Shown here: positions 51,567 through 61,366 of the stretch, piece after piece | Layout: each line of letters starts with the position of its first letter | Position numbering within the stretch: the stretch's first letter is position 1 | Origin: Candidatus Latescibacterota bacterium | GTDB taxonomy: Bacteria; Latescibacterota; UBA2968; GCA-2709665 | Direction: 5' to 3' | NCBI GenBank assembly: GCA_965205485.1 | Contig: OZ242180.1 | Location: 96,001-160,000, forward strand | DNA length: 64,000 nt | Position numbers and translations under genes: made by a program | Notes under the pieces: model-generated | Database searches by the model: none | Told to the model about the DNA's origin: nothing | What the model saw: only the letters and a program-made list of their open reading frames with translations

Positions 51567-54500
51567 CTACGCGCCCTCCCGTTTCAACGCCGGCAACAGC
51601 GGGGTCCTCAGCGCGACGAAGATTCCCGCGGCGCCGGCAGCCAGGCCCGCGCCGAGTATAAGACCCAGCGTTGCCATCAAAGACATCCATGGCAAGCCTC
51701 CGGAAGCATGGGGCACGGTCGTCACGATCGCGGCGGCGACGCCAATTGCCATGCCCGTTGCCATCAGAAATCCGTTCTCCACGAACAAGAGTCCGGACAG
51801 CGACAACCTGCGAAACCCGAGTGCCCTCAGCGCCGCCAGCTCGGTGCGACGTTCGATGACGTTGCGCACCATCACGATCCCGAGGCCGATCGTACCCAGC
51901 AGCACGCCCAGACCGCCCAGCGTCTGAAACGTCGACAGGTACGTATTCTCCACCGTCCGGAAACGGGCCAGCCTGGCCGAAGCCGTCGTGGCATCCAGAC
52001 CTGCGTCCTGCAGCCTGCGCTCCAGCAACTGCCCCAGCTCACGGGGTCGGTCGGTCTCGATGAGAAAGTACCCATAGCCGCTCCGGTCGGGGAAATGCGC
52101 GGTGAAATTCGACTCGGACACAAGCAGTTCGCTCTGGAAGATACTGTTCTTCAGCAGTCCCATGAGACGCAGCCTGACGACCTCACCCGTGTCCGTTCGG
52201 ATCGGGATCTCGTCGCCCAGTTTCCTGTGCAGAATCCAGGTCACCGAGTTCGCGTCTCCGAATGCGGGAATCACATCCGGTTCCAGACGATGCGTCAACA
52301 GAGTCCACGGCGCATCCGTTTCCTGCAAGAGCCCGTCGAAGGCAAAACCGCCGCGTCGTATGAACGCTTCCGGCGCGCCCAGAACTCTGGGATGGCGGGG
52401 CCTGTATAGATTCAGACAGCTCACGTCCTCGCCCGGCAGGACGCGGAACGGCATGACACGCGCGCTGTCCAGGATTCCGGCATCGCCAGCGGCAAACCCC
52501 ATCTCAAACCGGCCGTCCTCCGAATTGAAATCGTGGTAGAGCGGCACATCCGATTCGGCAACGAGTTGAAACCCGCCTCCACCCGACGTCCGGCTGTTCA
52601 ACGCATCCGCGCCGGCATCGATACGGCGATGGGCGCCAACCGCAACAACCACAAAACAGGCGCTTGCGATCAACGAGGCGCACAGAAGGCTCCGGCCCGG
52701 ATTGCGCGCGCTGTTCCGCACACCCATGCTCCAGATCCCCGGCACCGCGGCGCGGCGCCGTCCGCGTAACCAGATGGCGAGGGTACACATGCCCGATATC
52801 AGCAGAAATGTCCCGCATCCGAAAAACAGCGCTATCGCCGCTTCGCGCCCCGCGCCTGACGCGCCGGCGAGGCAGACCGCCGCCAGTCCGAAGCTTCCGA
52901 GAGCATACGCCTTCATGCGGCGCCCGCCGCCGACGGCCGCCTGGTGAACGGTCCCGGACAGCAAGGAGCGTACGGGCATGCCGCCCAATCGCCGGACCGT
53001 CATCAGAATCGTGAAAAGAACCACAACCTGCGATATCAGGTACCCGGCCGCCAGACTGGATGCGTGCACGTGCAGCGCGAGTTCGCCGGTTCCGACGGCA
53101 GGGGCCCACCATGTGCGCAGCCCGGCCATCATGATCCATCCGTACGCCAGCCCTCCCGCAAGCCCGATCGCACCCCCCAACCCGGACAGGCAGACCGCCT
53201 CACGCATGAAACGGCTTCTGATCGCGCCTGTCGCAAAACCCGACGCCATCAGCACGCCCACCTCGTTTGCGCGTTGTTCCACTCCGAGCCGGAAGAGGAG
53301 ACCCACGAGCAACGCCGCCGAGACGATCAGGAACAGACTGAATCCAACGAACAGCCCACCGAAGTCCGTAGACCCCGAGGAAGCTGCCAGACCCTGTCTT
53401 CTCACGGGCTGAAAGACCAGTCCGGCGGATTCGGGCGTGAGGGCATCCCGGATTCCGGACCGAAATCGCCCGGCGGATTGTCTGACGTCCATTCCCGGCG
53501 GGGGACCCAACCGTATGGAGGTCAGACTGCCGAATCGACTTCGCCAGAGCCGCTGTCCCGTGGCGGACGACACAAAGGCCTTGGGGGCGGCGCGGTAGGC
53601 GTCCCAGTAGGCCTCGTCCGCGGGCCGTATGCGCTTCAGGTCCACCGGGAAGGGCGGGTCCCACGCGTGCATGTCGTGCGCGTCGTTGAGGCCCGGAATC
53701 GCCGGCGTCAGCAGCGAATCCGCGCCCAATCCCGCCATGGCGACGACGCCGGCAGCGCGAAACGTGACGTGCCGCGTGTTCAATGCCCCCTTCGGTCCGG
53801 CTTCGAAATAGGCCACTTCCAGGGTGTCGCCGGTTTGTGCGTGAAGGTCCGCTGCCGCCCAGGCATTCAGCAACACTTCACCCTCGTCGAGGACCGGCGC
53901 CGGTCGCCCGTCCGCCAGTCGCAGCGATCCGACGCCCCCCGCGTCCATCGAGGCAATCGTCGAATAGGGCAATTCGCGGTTCCCAACCCGCATGGTATTG
54001 GCCAGGTAGGTCAGTACCGCCATACGGGGCATCCCCAAACGATCCGCCAGACCCAGAACCACCTCCGAAACGTGGGGTTTCAACAGATATCCCGTGCTCT
54101 CAACCGAGAAATACCCGGCATCCACCCGCATCGAAAGCCCCAGATCATCCAGCGTTGCGGCCCGGGAAAGCGCCTGCGTGAGTTTGGCGGCGGCCTGCGG
54201 GTCCTTTGAGACCAGGAGCATATTCACCCGGCCGGGCAATCCCAGCGTTTCCTGCAAAACGGGCAGGGCCACGAATGCATTGAGCGGCACATCCTGACGC
54301 GCGCGCAGTCCGAAACGACCCATTCCCCGGTCCGGCACGACGCCTGCGAGTCGCACGCGTACGGTCTGAATTGACTCTGAAACCTCCTCCCGGCCGAATA
54401 GCGATTCCCTGTGGATATCGGCCGGAAGCTCGAACGAAAGCAGGACAGCATCGCCCACACGGGCATTCAGTTCGCTCCTGAGTGACTCATTGGCGACGAA

Positions 54501-54884
54501 TGGCGTCGCTGCCCCGATGCGGTCCAGGCCGGGACCCTTCGCGCCAAACAGGTCTCCGAACCGGGAATCGACACCCAGAATGGTAACGCGGGAGGCCCGG
54601 GTCCCCGCGCTCGCATGCACCGCCGATCCGCCGAGGGTCACCGCCGGCACAACGGTCAAACCGTCGCTCGCACTCTCGATGCCCCGCGCGAGACCGGCAC
54701 GAAAAAAGCGCTCCGAAACGAGCGCGTGGTCGATGTCGCCCAGACGGTCGAGGGTCAGGTCAATCAGGCTGTCGCGCACCGAGTCGCCGACCAGCAGCGC
54801 GCCGGTGAGCACAGTGGTGGCCACGGCCACACCCAGCAAGACGGACAGATGAATTCGCCAGAAGAACGTCAGGCTTCTACGCAA
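51567..54884 (-). CDS. Large FtsX/MacB-type ABC transporter permease
   Basis: VLTGALLVGDSVR, EQRANEVGVL and ERRTELAALRALGF; two permease modules. Confidence 0.88.
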   Translation of the reverse strand: MRRSLTFFWRIHLSVLLGVAVATTVLTGALLVGDSVRDSLIDLTLDRLGDIDHALVSERFFRAGLARGIESASDGLTVVPAVTLGGSAVHASAGTRASRVTILGVDSRFGDLFGAKGPGLDRIGAATPFVANESLRSELNARVGDAVLLSFELPADIHRESLFGREEVSESIQTVRVRLAGVVPDRGMGRFGLRARQDVPLNAFVALPVLQETLGLPGRVNMLLVSKDPQAAAKLTQALSRAATLDDLGLSMRVDAGYFSVESTGYLLKPHVSEVVLGLADRLGMPRMAVLTYLANTMRVGNRELPYSTIASMDAGGVGSLRLADGRPAPVLDEGEVLLNAWAAADLHAQTGDTLEVAYFEAGPKGALNTRHVTFRAAGVVAMAGLGADSLLTPAIPGLNDAHDMHAWDPPFPVDLKRIRPADEAYWDAYRAAPKAFVSSATGQRLWRSRFGSLTSIRLGPPPGMDVRQSAGRFRSGIRDALTPESAGLVFQPVRRQGLAASSGSTDFGGLFVGFSLFLIVSAALLVGLLFRLGVEQRANEVGVLMASGFATGAIRSRFMREAVCLSGLGGAIGLAGGLAYGWIMMAGLRTWWAPAVGTGELALHVHASSLAAGYLISQVVVLFTILMTVRRLGGMPVRSLLSGTVHQAAVGGGRRMKAYALGSFGLAAVCLAGASGAGREAAIALFFGCGTFLLISGMCTLAIWLRGRRRAAVPGIWSMGVRNSARNPGRSLLCASLIASACFVVVAVGAHRRIDAGADALNSRTSGGGGFQLVAESDVPLYHDFNSEDGRFEMGFAAGDAGILDSARVMPFRVLPGEDVSCLNLYRPRHPRVLGAPEAFIRRGGFAFDGLLQETDAPWTLLTHRLEPDVIPAFGDANSVTWILHRKLGDEIPIRTDTGEVVRLRLMGLLKNSIFQSELLVSESNFTAHFPDRSGYGYFLIETDRPRELGQLLERRLQDAGLDATTASARLARFRTVENTYLSTFQTLGGLGVLLGTIGLGIVMVRNVIERRTELAALRALGFRRLSLSGLLFVENGFLMATGMAIGVAAAIVTTVPHASGGLPWMSLMATLGLILGAGLAAGAAGIFVALRTPLLPALKREGA

Positions 54885-55528
54885 GTTCCCTCCCGCAGCG
54901 ACATCCGGCGATCGAATCTCGCGGCCATTTCCGGACTGTGCGTAACGCCGATCAGAATGGTCTCCTCCTGAGCGTGCAACTCGAAGAGAAGGTCGCAGAC
55001 TTCGTCGGCCCGGGCCCGATCCAGACTGCCCGTCGGCTCATCGCAAAGAAGCAGCGCCGGCTTGTTGACCAGCGCTCGCGCCACCGCCACCCGCTGGCGT
55101 TCACCCCCCGACAGGGCAGCCGGGCGGTGGTCTGTCCGATGCCCGAGACTGACCCGTTCGATCAGGTCCTGCGCCCTTGCAGCGGCGTCCCGTTTCTCGT
55201 CCCGGAATGCCAGCGTCGGCAGAAGCACGTTTTCCAGCACGGAAAACTGAGGCAGCAGATGGTGGTCCTGGAAGACGAATCCGATCCCCTGGTTCCGAAA
55301 ACGCGAGAGCTCCTTCCCGGGGAGGGCGTAGGGGTCCCTGCCGTCGAACGCCACCCGCCCCGACGACGGCCTGTCCAGCGTGCCGATCACGTGCAGCAGC
55401 GTGCTCTTGCCCGACCCCGAAGGCCCGACGACTGCAACCGACTGACCTCGCGACACTTCGAATGAGACGTCCCTGAGAACGGACACGTCTCCGTACCGCT
55501 TCGAGATCCGCTCAGCCCTCAGCGTCAT
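54869..55528 (-). CDS. ABC transporter ATP-binding protein (LolD-like)
   Basis: GPSGSGKS, LSGGERQR and CDEPTGSLD. Confidence 0.95.
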   Translation of the reverse strand: MTLRAERISKRYGDVSVLRDVSFEVSRGQSVAVVGPSGSGKSTLLHVIGTLDRPSSGRVAFDGRDPYALPGKELSRFRNQGIGFVFQDHHLLPQFSVLENVLLPTLAFRDEKRDAAARAQDLIERVSLGHRTDHRPAALSGGERQRVAVARALVNKPALLLCDEPTGSLDRARADEVCDLLFELHAQEETILIGVTHSPEMAARFDRRMSLREGTCVEA

Positions 55529-55958
55529 CGTCCCCCTCCACTTCAGGAGATTCCTGGATCTGATCAGCGACAGAATCCGGGATGGGGATGGACCGGAACG
55601 GCTGCCCCGGTGCGCATTCGCAAAACACCGTACTCAACCTGCCGCGTGCAATCAGGACGTCGCCGCGCCGGAATTCAAAACCGTACGTCATCGAACGGGT
55701 CCCTTTTCGTATCACCTTCAATCGTACATCCAGCCGGTCCTCGAACCGGGCGGGATTCAGATAGTCGCACGACGCGCCGACACGGGGCCATCCGACGCTT
55801 CGTCCTTCCAATGTGCCCGCCACGCTGGTGCCGAGCGAACGCAGGAACGCGTGCTCCGCCGCCTCCATGAAGACAAAAAACCGGGAGAAGTGCACAATCC
55901 CGGCCATGTCCGTATCCGAAAATTCTACGCTTCGCGTGGTCCGGAATTCACTTGGCAT
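55512..55958 (-). CDS. Hot-dog acyl-CoA thioesterase (4HBT/YbgC-like)
   Basis: VEFSDTDMAGIVHFSRFF and PARFED; start placed at MPSEF. Confidence 0.88.
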   Translation of the reverse strand: MPSEFRTTRSVEFSDTDMAGIVHFSRFFVFMEAAEHAFLRSLGTSVAGTLEGRSVGWPRVGASCDYLNPARFEDRLDVRLKVIRKGTRSMTYGFEFRRGDVLIARGRLSTVFCECAPGQPFRSIPIPDSVADQIQESPEVEGDDDAEG

Positions 55959-55999
55959 ACGACTTCCTCTCAGGGAATCATCCACCCCCCGGTTGCCGG

Positions 56000-56500
56000 C
56001 TATGACGCCGGCTTGAAGAGCGTCACAAGGCACCCCCCCATCGCCGCAAGCACGATACCCAGCACGAACTGCCAGTTCAAGGCGCCCCATCCACCGGCGG
56101 GCGGGTGCACGGCCATCGACACCACGGCGTTGACAATGGGGGCCCCGGCGAATACGATCGACATCACCACGGCGGGCGTACCCCGGGCCCCGAACGCGAG
56201 CAGGACGCCGAATGCGCCGATGGCGCCCACAGTGCCGGCAAGCAGAGACCATGTGAACCCGCGCGCAGGAAACGACCAGTCCGAGCCGTTCACCCAGAGA
56301 ACGACCATTGAACCGATGACCGCGGTCAACAGATAGGCCACGCCCACCAACAGGAAGGCTTTGTACCGTCCGTTCACGGGATCGGCCATTGCAATCTGCC
56401 CGGTATGCAGAAAGATCCCGTACAATCCCCACGACCCTACCGTCATGGCGGCGAATATCAGCCAGGTCAGCCCTGGCGTGGATGCCTGTTCGGCCGGCAT
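56000..56500 (-). CDS. Five-TM membrane protein (EamA/DMT-like)
   Basis: SWGLYG, GTVGAIGA and VMSIVFAGAPIVN; five hydrophobic helices; AGGAGGAG RBS. Confidence 0.75.
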   Translation of the reverse strand: MPAEQASTPGLTWLIFAAMTVGSWGLYGIFLHTGQIAMADPVNGRYKAFLLVGVAYLLTAVIGSMVVLWVNGSDWSFPARGFTWSLLAGTVGAIGAFGVLLAFGARGTPAVVMSIVFAGAPIVNAVVSMAVHPPAGGWGALNWQFVLGIVLAAMGGCLVTLFKPAS

Positions 56501-56561
56501 AGAATCTCCTCCTTCTTGCGTTGGTCGTCGTTCGCCGGCGGGACCTCCGTCAGCGAAGGGA

Positions 56562-57854
56562 TCACACCGCGACGAAATGTCGATAGACGTTCAGCATGGC
56601 GCCTGCCATGCACGCGTCGCCGGCCGTCCGGTGCACGGCTTCACGGCCCCGCCTCCCCATGGCTTCCCGGGCCTCCCTGTCGCTCATCATACGGAACAGC
56701 CCCTCCGCGAGCGCCGCCGGGGAATCCGGTTCGACCAGGATGCCTCCTCCGGTGCGTTCGAGAAGCTCCGGGAATGCGCCGTGACGGGGCTGCACCACCG
56801 GCGTGCCGTTGGCCAGCGCCTCCAGTACGAACAGCCCCTTCGGCTCGCGGTACGGCGTCGGTACGGACAGAACATGGACGCTGTTCAGAAAATTGATCTT
56901 CTGTTGACGGTCCACCTCGCCCCGGTACTCGAACGCGTCGGAAAGCCCTCGGGACTCAATCAGCGAGACGACCTGGCGAAAATAAGCCTTCTCACGCCCG
57001 CCCAGATAACCCGCCGCCAGCAACCTGATGTTTTCTCTTCCCGCCTGCTCCGCCAGCAGCCCCGCGGCATCCGCAAGAAGATGCAGTCCCTTCTCAGGCG
57101 CGATGCGGGCCATATAGCCAATCGTAAACGGCGTCTCCGGCAAGACCCGCTCGCCCTGACCGTGGCCGTCCAGACGGATGCCCAGGGGAACCACGCGGAA
57201 GCGTTCGCGCGGCGCATTCAGATATGCGGCCATGGACGCGGCGTACCAGTCGCACGTTGCCACGAAGGCGTCGACGTCGCGCGCCCGGTCGCGCATCGCA
57301 TGCATCGCCTCGTCTCGATACGGTTTCACCAGCCCGTCGAGAAAGACCTCCTCACCCTGCACGGAACACAGAACGGGAACTCCAAGTTCCCGTTTTAACT
57401 CTCGTACCATGCCCAGGAACATGGAATTCGTCAGATGAACAAGGTCCGGCCGCAGGTCGTCTTTCAGCCAGCGGACCAGCTTTTTCAGTTCCTTCCTCTG
57501 GCAACCCTGTTCGCCCTTCAGCATTGAGACCGTGAGCGCCCCCAGCTCTTCCGCACGCGTCGATCCGCTGAACCACGAAAGGGAATTCAACAGCGTCCGC
57601 GTGTTCATCAGCCGGTCGACGAATTCAGGCGCGCGACGAAAGAACGCCATCTTCTGTTGCAGATAGACGTTGATTCCGCCGTAGAACACCCGGTCGATGC
57701 TCGCGTCGGGACCGTCGGTCCGCAGCGGCGTGTACGTTGGAATCAGCGCCAGATCAACGCCCTTTAGCCTGAGTGCCGAGGCCAGCGTATTGTCGTTGAT
57801 GCAACTTCCGCAATACATCCCCGCGGCGCCGGCGGCGATATAAGCAATTCGCAT
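56562..57854 (-). CDS. Glycosyltransferase family 4
   Basis: ARIAPEKGL and EPKGLFVLEALANGTPVV (ExxxxxxxE); N-terminal GMYCGSC. Confidence 0.9.
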   Translation of the reverse strand: MRIAYIAAGAAGMYCGSCINDNTLASALRLKGVDLALIPTYTPLRTDGPDASIDRVFYGGINVYLQQKMAFFRRAPEFVDRLMNTRTLLNSLSWFSGSTRAEELGALTVSMLKGEQGCQRKELKKLVRWLKDDLRPDLVHLTNSMFLGMVRELKRELGVPVLCSVQGEEVFLDGLVKPYRDEAMHAMRDRARDVDAFVATCDWYAASMAAYLNAPRERFRVVPLGIRLDGHGQGERVLPETPFTIGYMARIAPEKGLHLLADAAGLLAEQAGRENIRLLAAGYLGGREKAYFRQVVSLIESRGLSDAFEYRGEVDRQQKINFLNSVHVLSVPTPYREPKGLFVLEALANGTPVVQPRHGAFPELLERTGGGILVEPDSPAALAEGLFRMMSDREAREAMGRRGREAVHRTAGDACMAGAMLNVYRHFVAV

Positions 57855-57864
57855 GGGAAAAGGC

Positions 57865-58819
57865 AATTTAGAATTGAGAATTACAAATTAAGAATTAAGA
57901 ATCAGAGTCAGAGTCACGCGCTGCGTTTGTCCTTCGCGGTCTTCTGAATCGCTGCGAGCAGCCGACAGAGTTCTTCAGCATCGGAGTGGATGCTAACGAA
58001 ACGCAAATCCATAGCCTTTTACCTGGACAATGTTATCATCCTTCATTTCGTCTTACATCTGTCCAAAATCGTCTTCTCGAACCACTATCACGACATGATC
58101 CACCTGCAACAGGAGCGAGGGCATCCTGCCCTCGAACGTCGCGTCACCTACCCCTATTCGCGTCGAGAGACTGACGGGGCCATTCAATCCGACACCGGGT
58201 CACGGAAAACACCGTGTGCGACGTGTTATCCGATGTCGAGGGCAGGATGCCCTCGCTCCCGGGAACGCCAACCACACCCCTCCCAAATCGGCTTCCGTCA
58301 TGGACAGCACCATTCATTTCTCTATTCCTACATTCTTAATTGCCACGGCAAACTTGCTGACAAAGTCGGCACCTGGACAATGCTATCATCTTTCATTTCG
58401 TCTTACATCTGTCCAAAATCGTCTTCTCGATCCGCTATCACGACATGATCCACCTGCAACAGGAGCGAGGGCATCCTGCCCTCGAACTTCGCGTCACCTA
58501 CCCCGATTCGCGTCGTGAGATCGACGGGGCCATTCATTCCGACACCGGGTCACGGAAAACACCGTGTACGACGAGTTATCCGATGTCGAGGGCAGGATGC
58601 CCTCGCTCCCGGGAACGCCAACCACACGGGTCCCAAATTGGCTTCTGTCCTGGGCAGCCATGGCCAAAAGAAGGTGACCTGCATTGGCACTTCGAAACGA
58701 CTGTCAAGAAAACCAGGCACTTACGCATCCAAGATCGTCTTTTTCAAACTATCCTGGACAGCAGTGATTTTGTCTCCAGCACTTTATAATTCTTAATTCT
58801 CAATTCTTAATTTTTAATT
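57865..58819. repeat. Composite insertion: inverted AATTAAG-type heptamer arrays enclosing a 288 bp duplication (58021-58308, 58371-58658)
   Basis: Heptamer arrays at 57865-57902 and 58785-58819; each duplicate holds the inverted pair GGAGCGAGGGCATCCTGCCCTCG / CGAGGGCAGGATGCCCTCGCTCC. Confidence 0.85.
57914..58000 (-). pseudogene. C-terminal remnant of a four-helix-bundle (23S-IVP-like) gene
   Basis: FVSIHSDAEELCRLLAAIQKTAKDKRSA* lying between heptamer arrays, the usual context for this family. Confidence 0.55.
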
Positions 58820-60069
58820 GCTTTTTCGTAGTGCGCCTCGTCTTCGGGCAGATCGCACATCTGTCCCATCGGTCCGAAGATGTGCGTGACGTCGTTGATG
58901 TAGATCTTCCCGCTCAGGATATCCACGATGCCGTCGAGACACTCCGGATGGGCGTCGAGGAACCGGCTGAAGCTGAATTCCTTCGTGTAGAATGCGTAGA
59001 CCAGCTTTCGAACGGCTTCCATTCCGGGGATGAATTCCTCACCCCATTTCCCGAGTTGCTTCGCCGAAAAATCGTCGTTCAGAAATGCCTCGTGAATTGC
59101 ATCGGCAGCCATCTCGCCGGATTTGAGCGCCAGGAATACGCCGGAGGAATAGACGGGATCCAGAAACCCGTAGGCGTCGCCGACCAGCACCCAGCCATCA
59201 CCGGAAACGGAATGGGCCCGGTAGGAAAAATCGCTGGTCACCTTCATGGGAAACAGCTGACTGGCGCGCTCCAGCCGGTCCTGCATCGGCGGACAGCGGT
59301 CCAGCTCCTCCTCGAATATCTCCTGGGGCGTACCCGCACGCTTCTGCAACAGGTAACCGATATCTCCAACCACGCCCACGCTGACGACGTCGTCTGCCAG
59401 CGGGATATACCAGAACCACGCGTCCTTTGTGCGGGTGTGCAATATCAGGGTCGCCCCTTCGTCGATCCCCGGGTCTCTGGACCCGCCTTCGAAATGCGTG
59501 AACAGGGACGCCTTCTTGAGGGTGGGCTCCTCGGTCTTGATTTTCAGCTTGCGGGAAATCAAGGCGCTGCGGCCCGTTGCATCCACGACCACGCGGGCCG
59601 GGAGGTCACTCAGGCTGCCGTCGTTGTTTTTCGCCCTGACGCCGACGGCCCGCCCTCCGTCGAAAAGGACTTCCTGAACGGCGGTCCCCTGCCTCACGCA
59701 CGCCCCTTTCTCGCGGGCGTTGTCCAGCATCATCCGGTCGAACTCGCTTCGAAGCACCTGCCACGTGACCGAACTCTCGTGCGGGTCGTGCCGGTGGAAA
59801 TGGAATGGCGCCGATCCCTTGCCCGACGCACCGAAGAATTGCACGCTGTACTTCCTGACGAACGCGCTCTTCTTCAGTTTTTCCAGAACGCCCAGCCGTT
59901 TGAACGACCAGTAGGTACCGGGCATCAGCGACTCACCGATCTGAAACCGGGGAAACCGCTCCCGCTCGAGCAACAATACGCGATGGCCGTATTCGGCCAC
60001 CAGCGCCGCGGTGGTACTGCCCGCGGGGCCGCCGCCGATCACAATGACATCGTAGGAGTCTGAACCCAT
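58807..60069 (-). CDS. Flavin-dependent halogenase-like oxidoreductase
   Basis: GGGPAG, IGESLMP, FVRK (candidate catalytic Lys), WFWYIPL (WxWxIP) and GDAYGFLDPVYSSG. Confidence 0.85.
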   Translation of the reverse strand: MGSDSYDVIVIGGGPAGSTTAALVAEYGHRVLLLERERFPRFQIGESLMPGTYWSFKRLGVLEKLKKSAFVRKYSVQFFGASGKGSAPFHFHRHDPHESSVTWQVLRSEFDRMMLDNAREKGACVRQGTAVQEVLFDGGRAVGVRAKNNDGSLSDLPARVVVDATGRSALISRKLKIKTEEPTLKKASLFTHFEGGSRDPGIDEGATLILHTRTKDAWFWYIPLADDVVSVGVVGDIGYLLQKRAGTPQEIFEEELDRCPPMQDRLERASQLFPMKVTSDFSYRAHSVSGDGWVLVGDAYGFLDPVYSSGVFLALKSGEMAADAIHEAFLNDDFSAKQLGKWGEEFIPGMEAVRKLVYAFYTKEFSFSRFLDAHPECLDGIVDILSGKIYINDVTHIFGPMGQMCDLPEDEAHYEKAIKN

Positions 60070-60088
60070 TGGAACTTCCCGCGGCAAC

Positions 60089-61366
60089 TCAGTCTCGATG
60101 GTCCGTAAACCGTCTCGCCTTCAGTTCGAACCTGGGCAGCGTGTTCGGGCCTACCGCACGAACCCCCACGCGGAATCCCAGATTCCGTCTCGCTTCCCGC
60201 GCCACGTCACCGGCGACGGAATCCGGTGATTTTCCCCTGACTTCGACGCGGATCTCCAGTTCGTCCAGGGAGCGACGCCGGTAAACGTCGACTGCAAACT
60301 CCGTTATTTCCGGAAAGGACCTGACGACGTTCTCAACGGCGCTCGGGTAGATGACGATCCCGCGAATAATGATTCCGCCGTCGATGCGACCGATGACGCC
60401 GTTTTCCAGACGGAGAAACCCGGACCCGCATGGACATGTGCCTTTCGCGCGACTGACGCGGTCGCCGGTCCGGTAACGGATCACCGGCATCCCCACCCTC
60501 CCCAGGTTCGTCAGGACCAGTTCACCCTCGTCGGCCGGTTCTCCAGAATCCGGATCGATCACTTCGGAGATGAACTCGGCTTCGTTCACGTGCATGCCGT
60601 TTCGGTCGCGGCACTCAAACCCCCACGCCCCCACCTCTGTTGCGCCCGCGTGGTCGTAACACCTGGCGCCCCAGGCTTCTTCGATCCGCCGCCTCGTCGC
60701 GGGCAGACCGGCCCCGGGTTCCCCGGCGTGGATCGTGGCGCGAATGCTGGAACCCGCGATGTCGATCCCCTCCGTTTCGGCCACCTCCGCCAGATGAAGC
60801 GCGTACGTCGGCGTGCAGACCAGAACCGTTGCGCGGTGTTCCTCGATGGCATGCAGCCGCTGGGCCGACGACATGGACCCGCCCGTAATGGCCATCGCCC
60901 CGATCAGCCGGGCGGCTTCGTGCGCGGTCCAGAACCCGATAAACGGTCCGAACGAGAAGGCGAAAAACAACCGGTCTCCGGACGCAACGCCGGCGCCATC
61001 GAAGACCCGGCGCCAGCAGCCCGCGAACCAGTCCCAGCTTTGCCGCGTGTCCAGCCAGCGCAGGGGCCTGCCCGTCGTGCCCGACGTCTGGTGGACCCGG
61101 ATGTAATCCCGCAGAGGATACGTCAGATTGGTTCCGTAAGGCGGGTGCGCGTCCTGGTCGGCCGAAAGTTCAGCCTTGGTTGTAAACGGAAGCCGCCGGT
61201 AATCATCCAGGGACCGGACGTCCCCGGGAGAGGACAGGCCGGCGCCGTTCAGCTTTTCTCTGTAAAACGCGTTGTCCCTCATGACGGGTACGAGCATATC
61301 TCTCAGGCGACGGATCTGCGATGCGCCCGATTCTTCCCCATCATGTTCCACGCTTACGGAACTCAT
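60089..61366 (-). CDS. Phenylacetate-CoA ligase-like (PaaK family) adenylating enzyme
   Basis: LPFTTK, TSGTTG, CTPTYALHL, AGEPG, GATE and IRYRTGD. Confidence 0.92.
   Translation of the reverse strand: MSSVSVEHDGEESGASQIRRLRDMLVPVMRDNAFYREKLNGAGLSSPGDVRSLDDYRRLPFTTKAELSADQDAHPPYGTNLTYPLRDYIRVHQTSGTTGRPLRWLDTRQSWDWFAGCWRRVFDGAGVASGDRLFFAFSFGPFIGFWTAHEAARLIGAMAITGGSMSSAQRLHAIEEHRATVLVCTPTYALHLAEVAETEGIDIAGSSIRATIHAGEPGAGLPATRRRIEEAWGARCYDHAGATEVGAWGFECRDRNGMHVNEAEFISEVIDPDSGEPADEGELVLTNLGRVGMPVIRYRTGDRVSRAKGTCPCGSGFLRLENGVIGRIDGGIIIRGIVIYPSAVENVVRSFPEITEFAVDVYRRRSLDELEIRVEVRGKSPDSVAGDVAREARRNLGFRVGVRAVGPNTLPRFELKARRFTDHRD

Noticed and set aside
55512..56432. 306 aa extended thioesterase
   Set aside because: The extension overlaps the membrane-protein gene in another frame; the hot-dog domain starts at 55958.
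57865..58819. Diversity-generating retroelement (Avd-like remnant plus near-identical repeats)
   Set aside because: No reverse transcriptase; the differences between copies are not confined to adenines; the repeats are non-coding.
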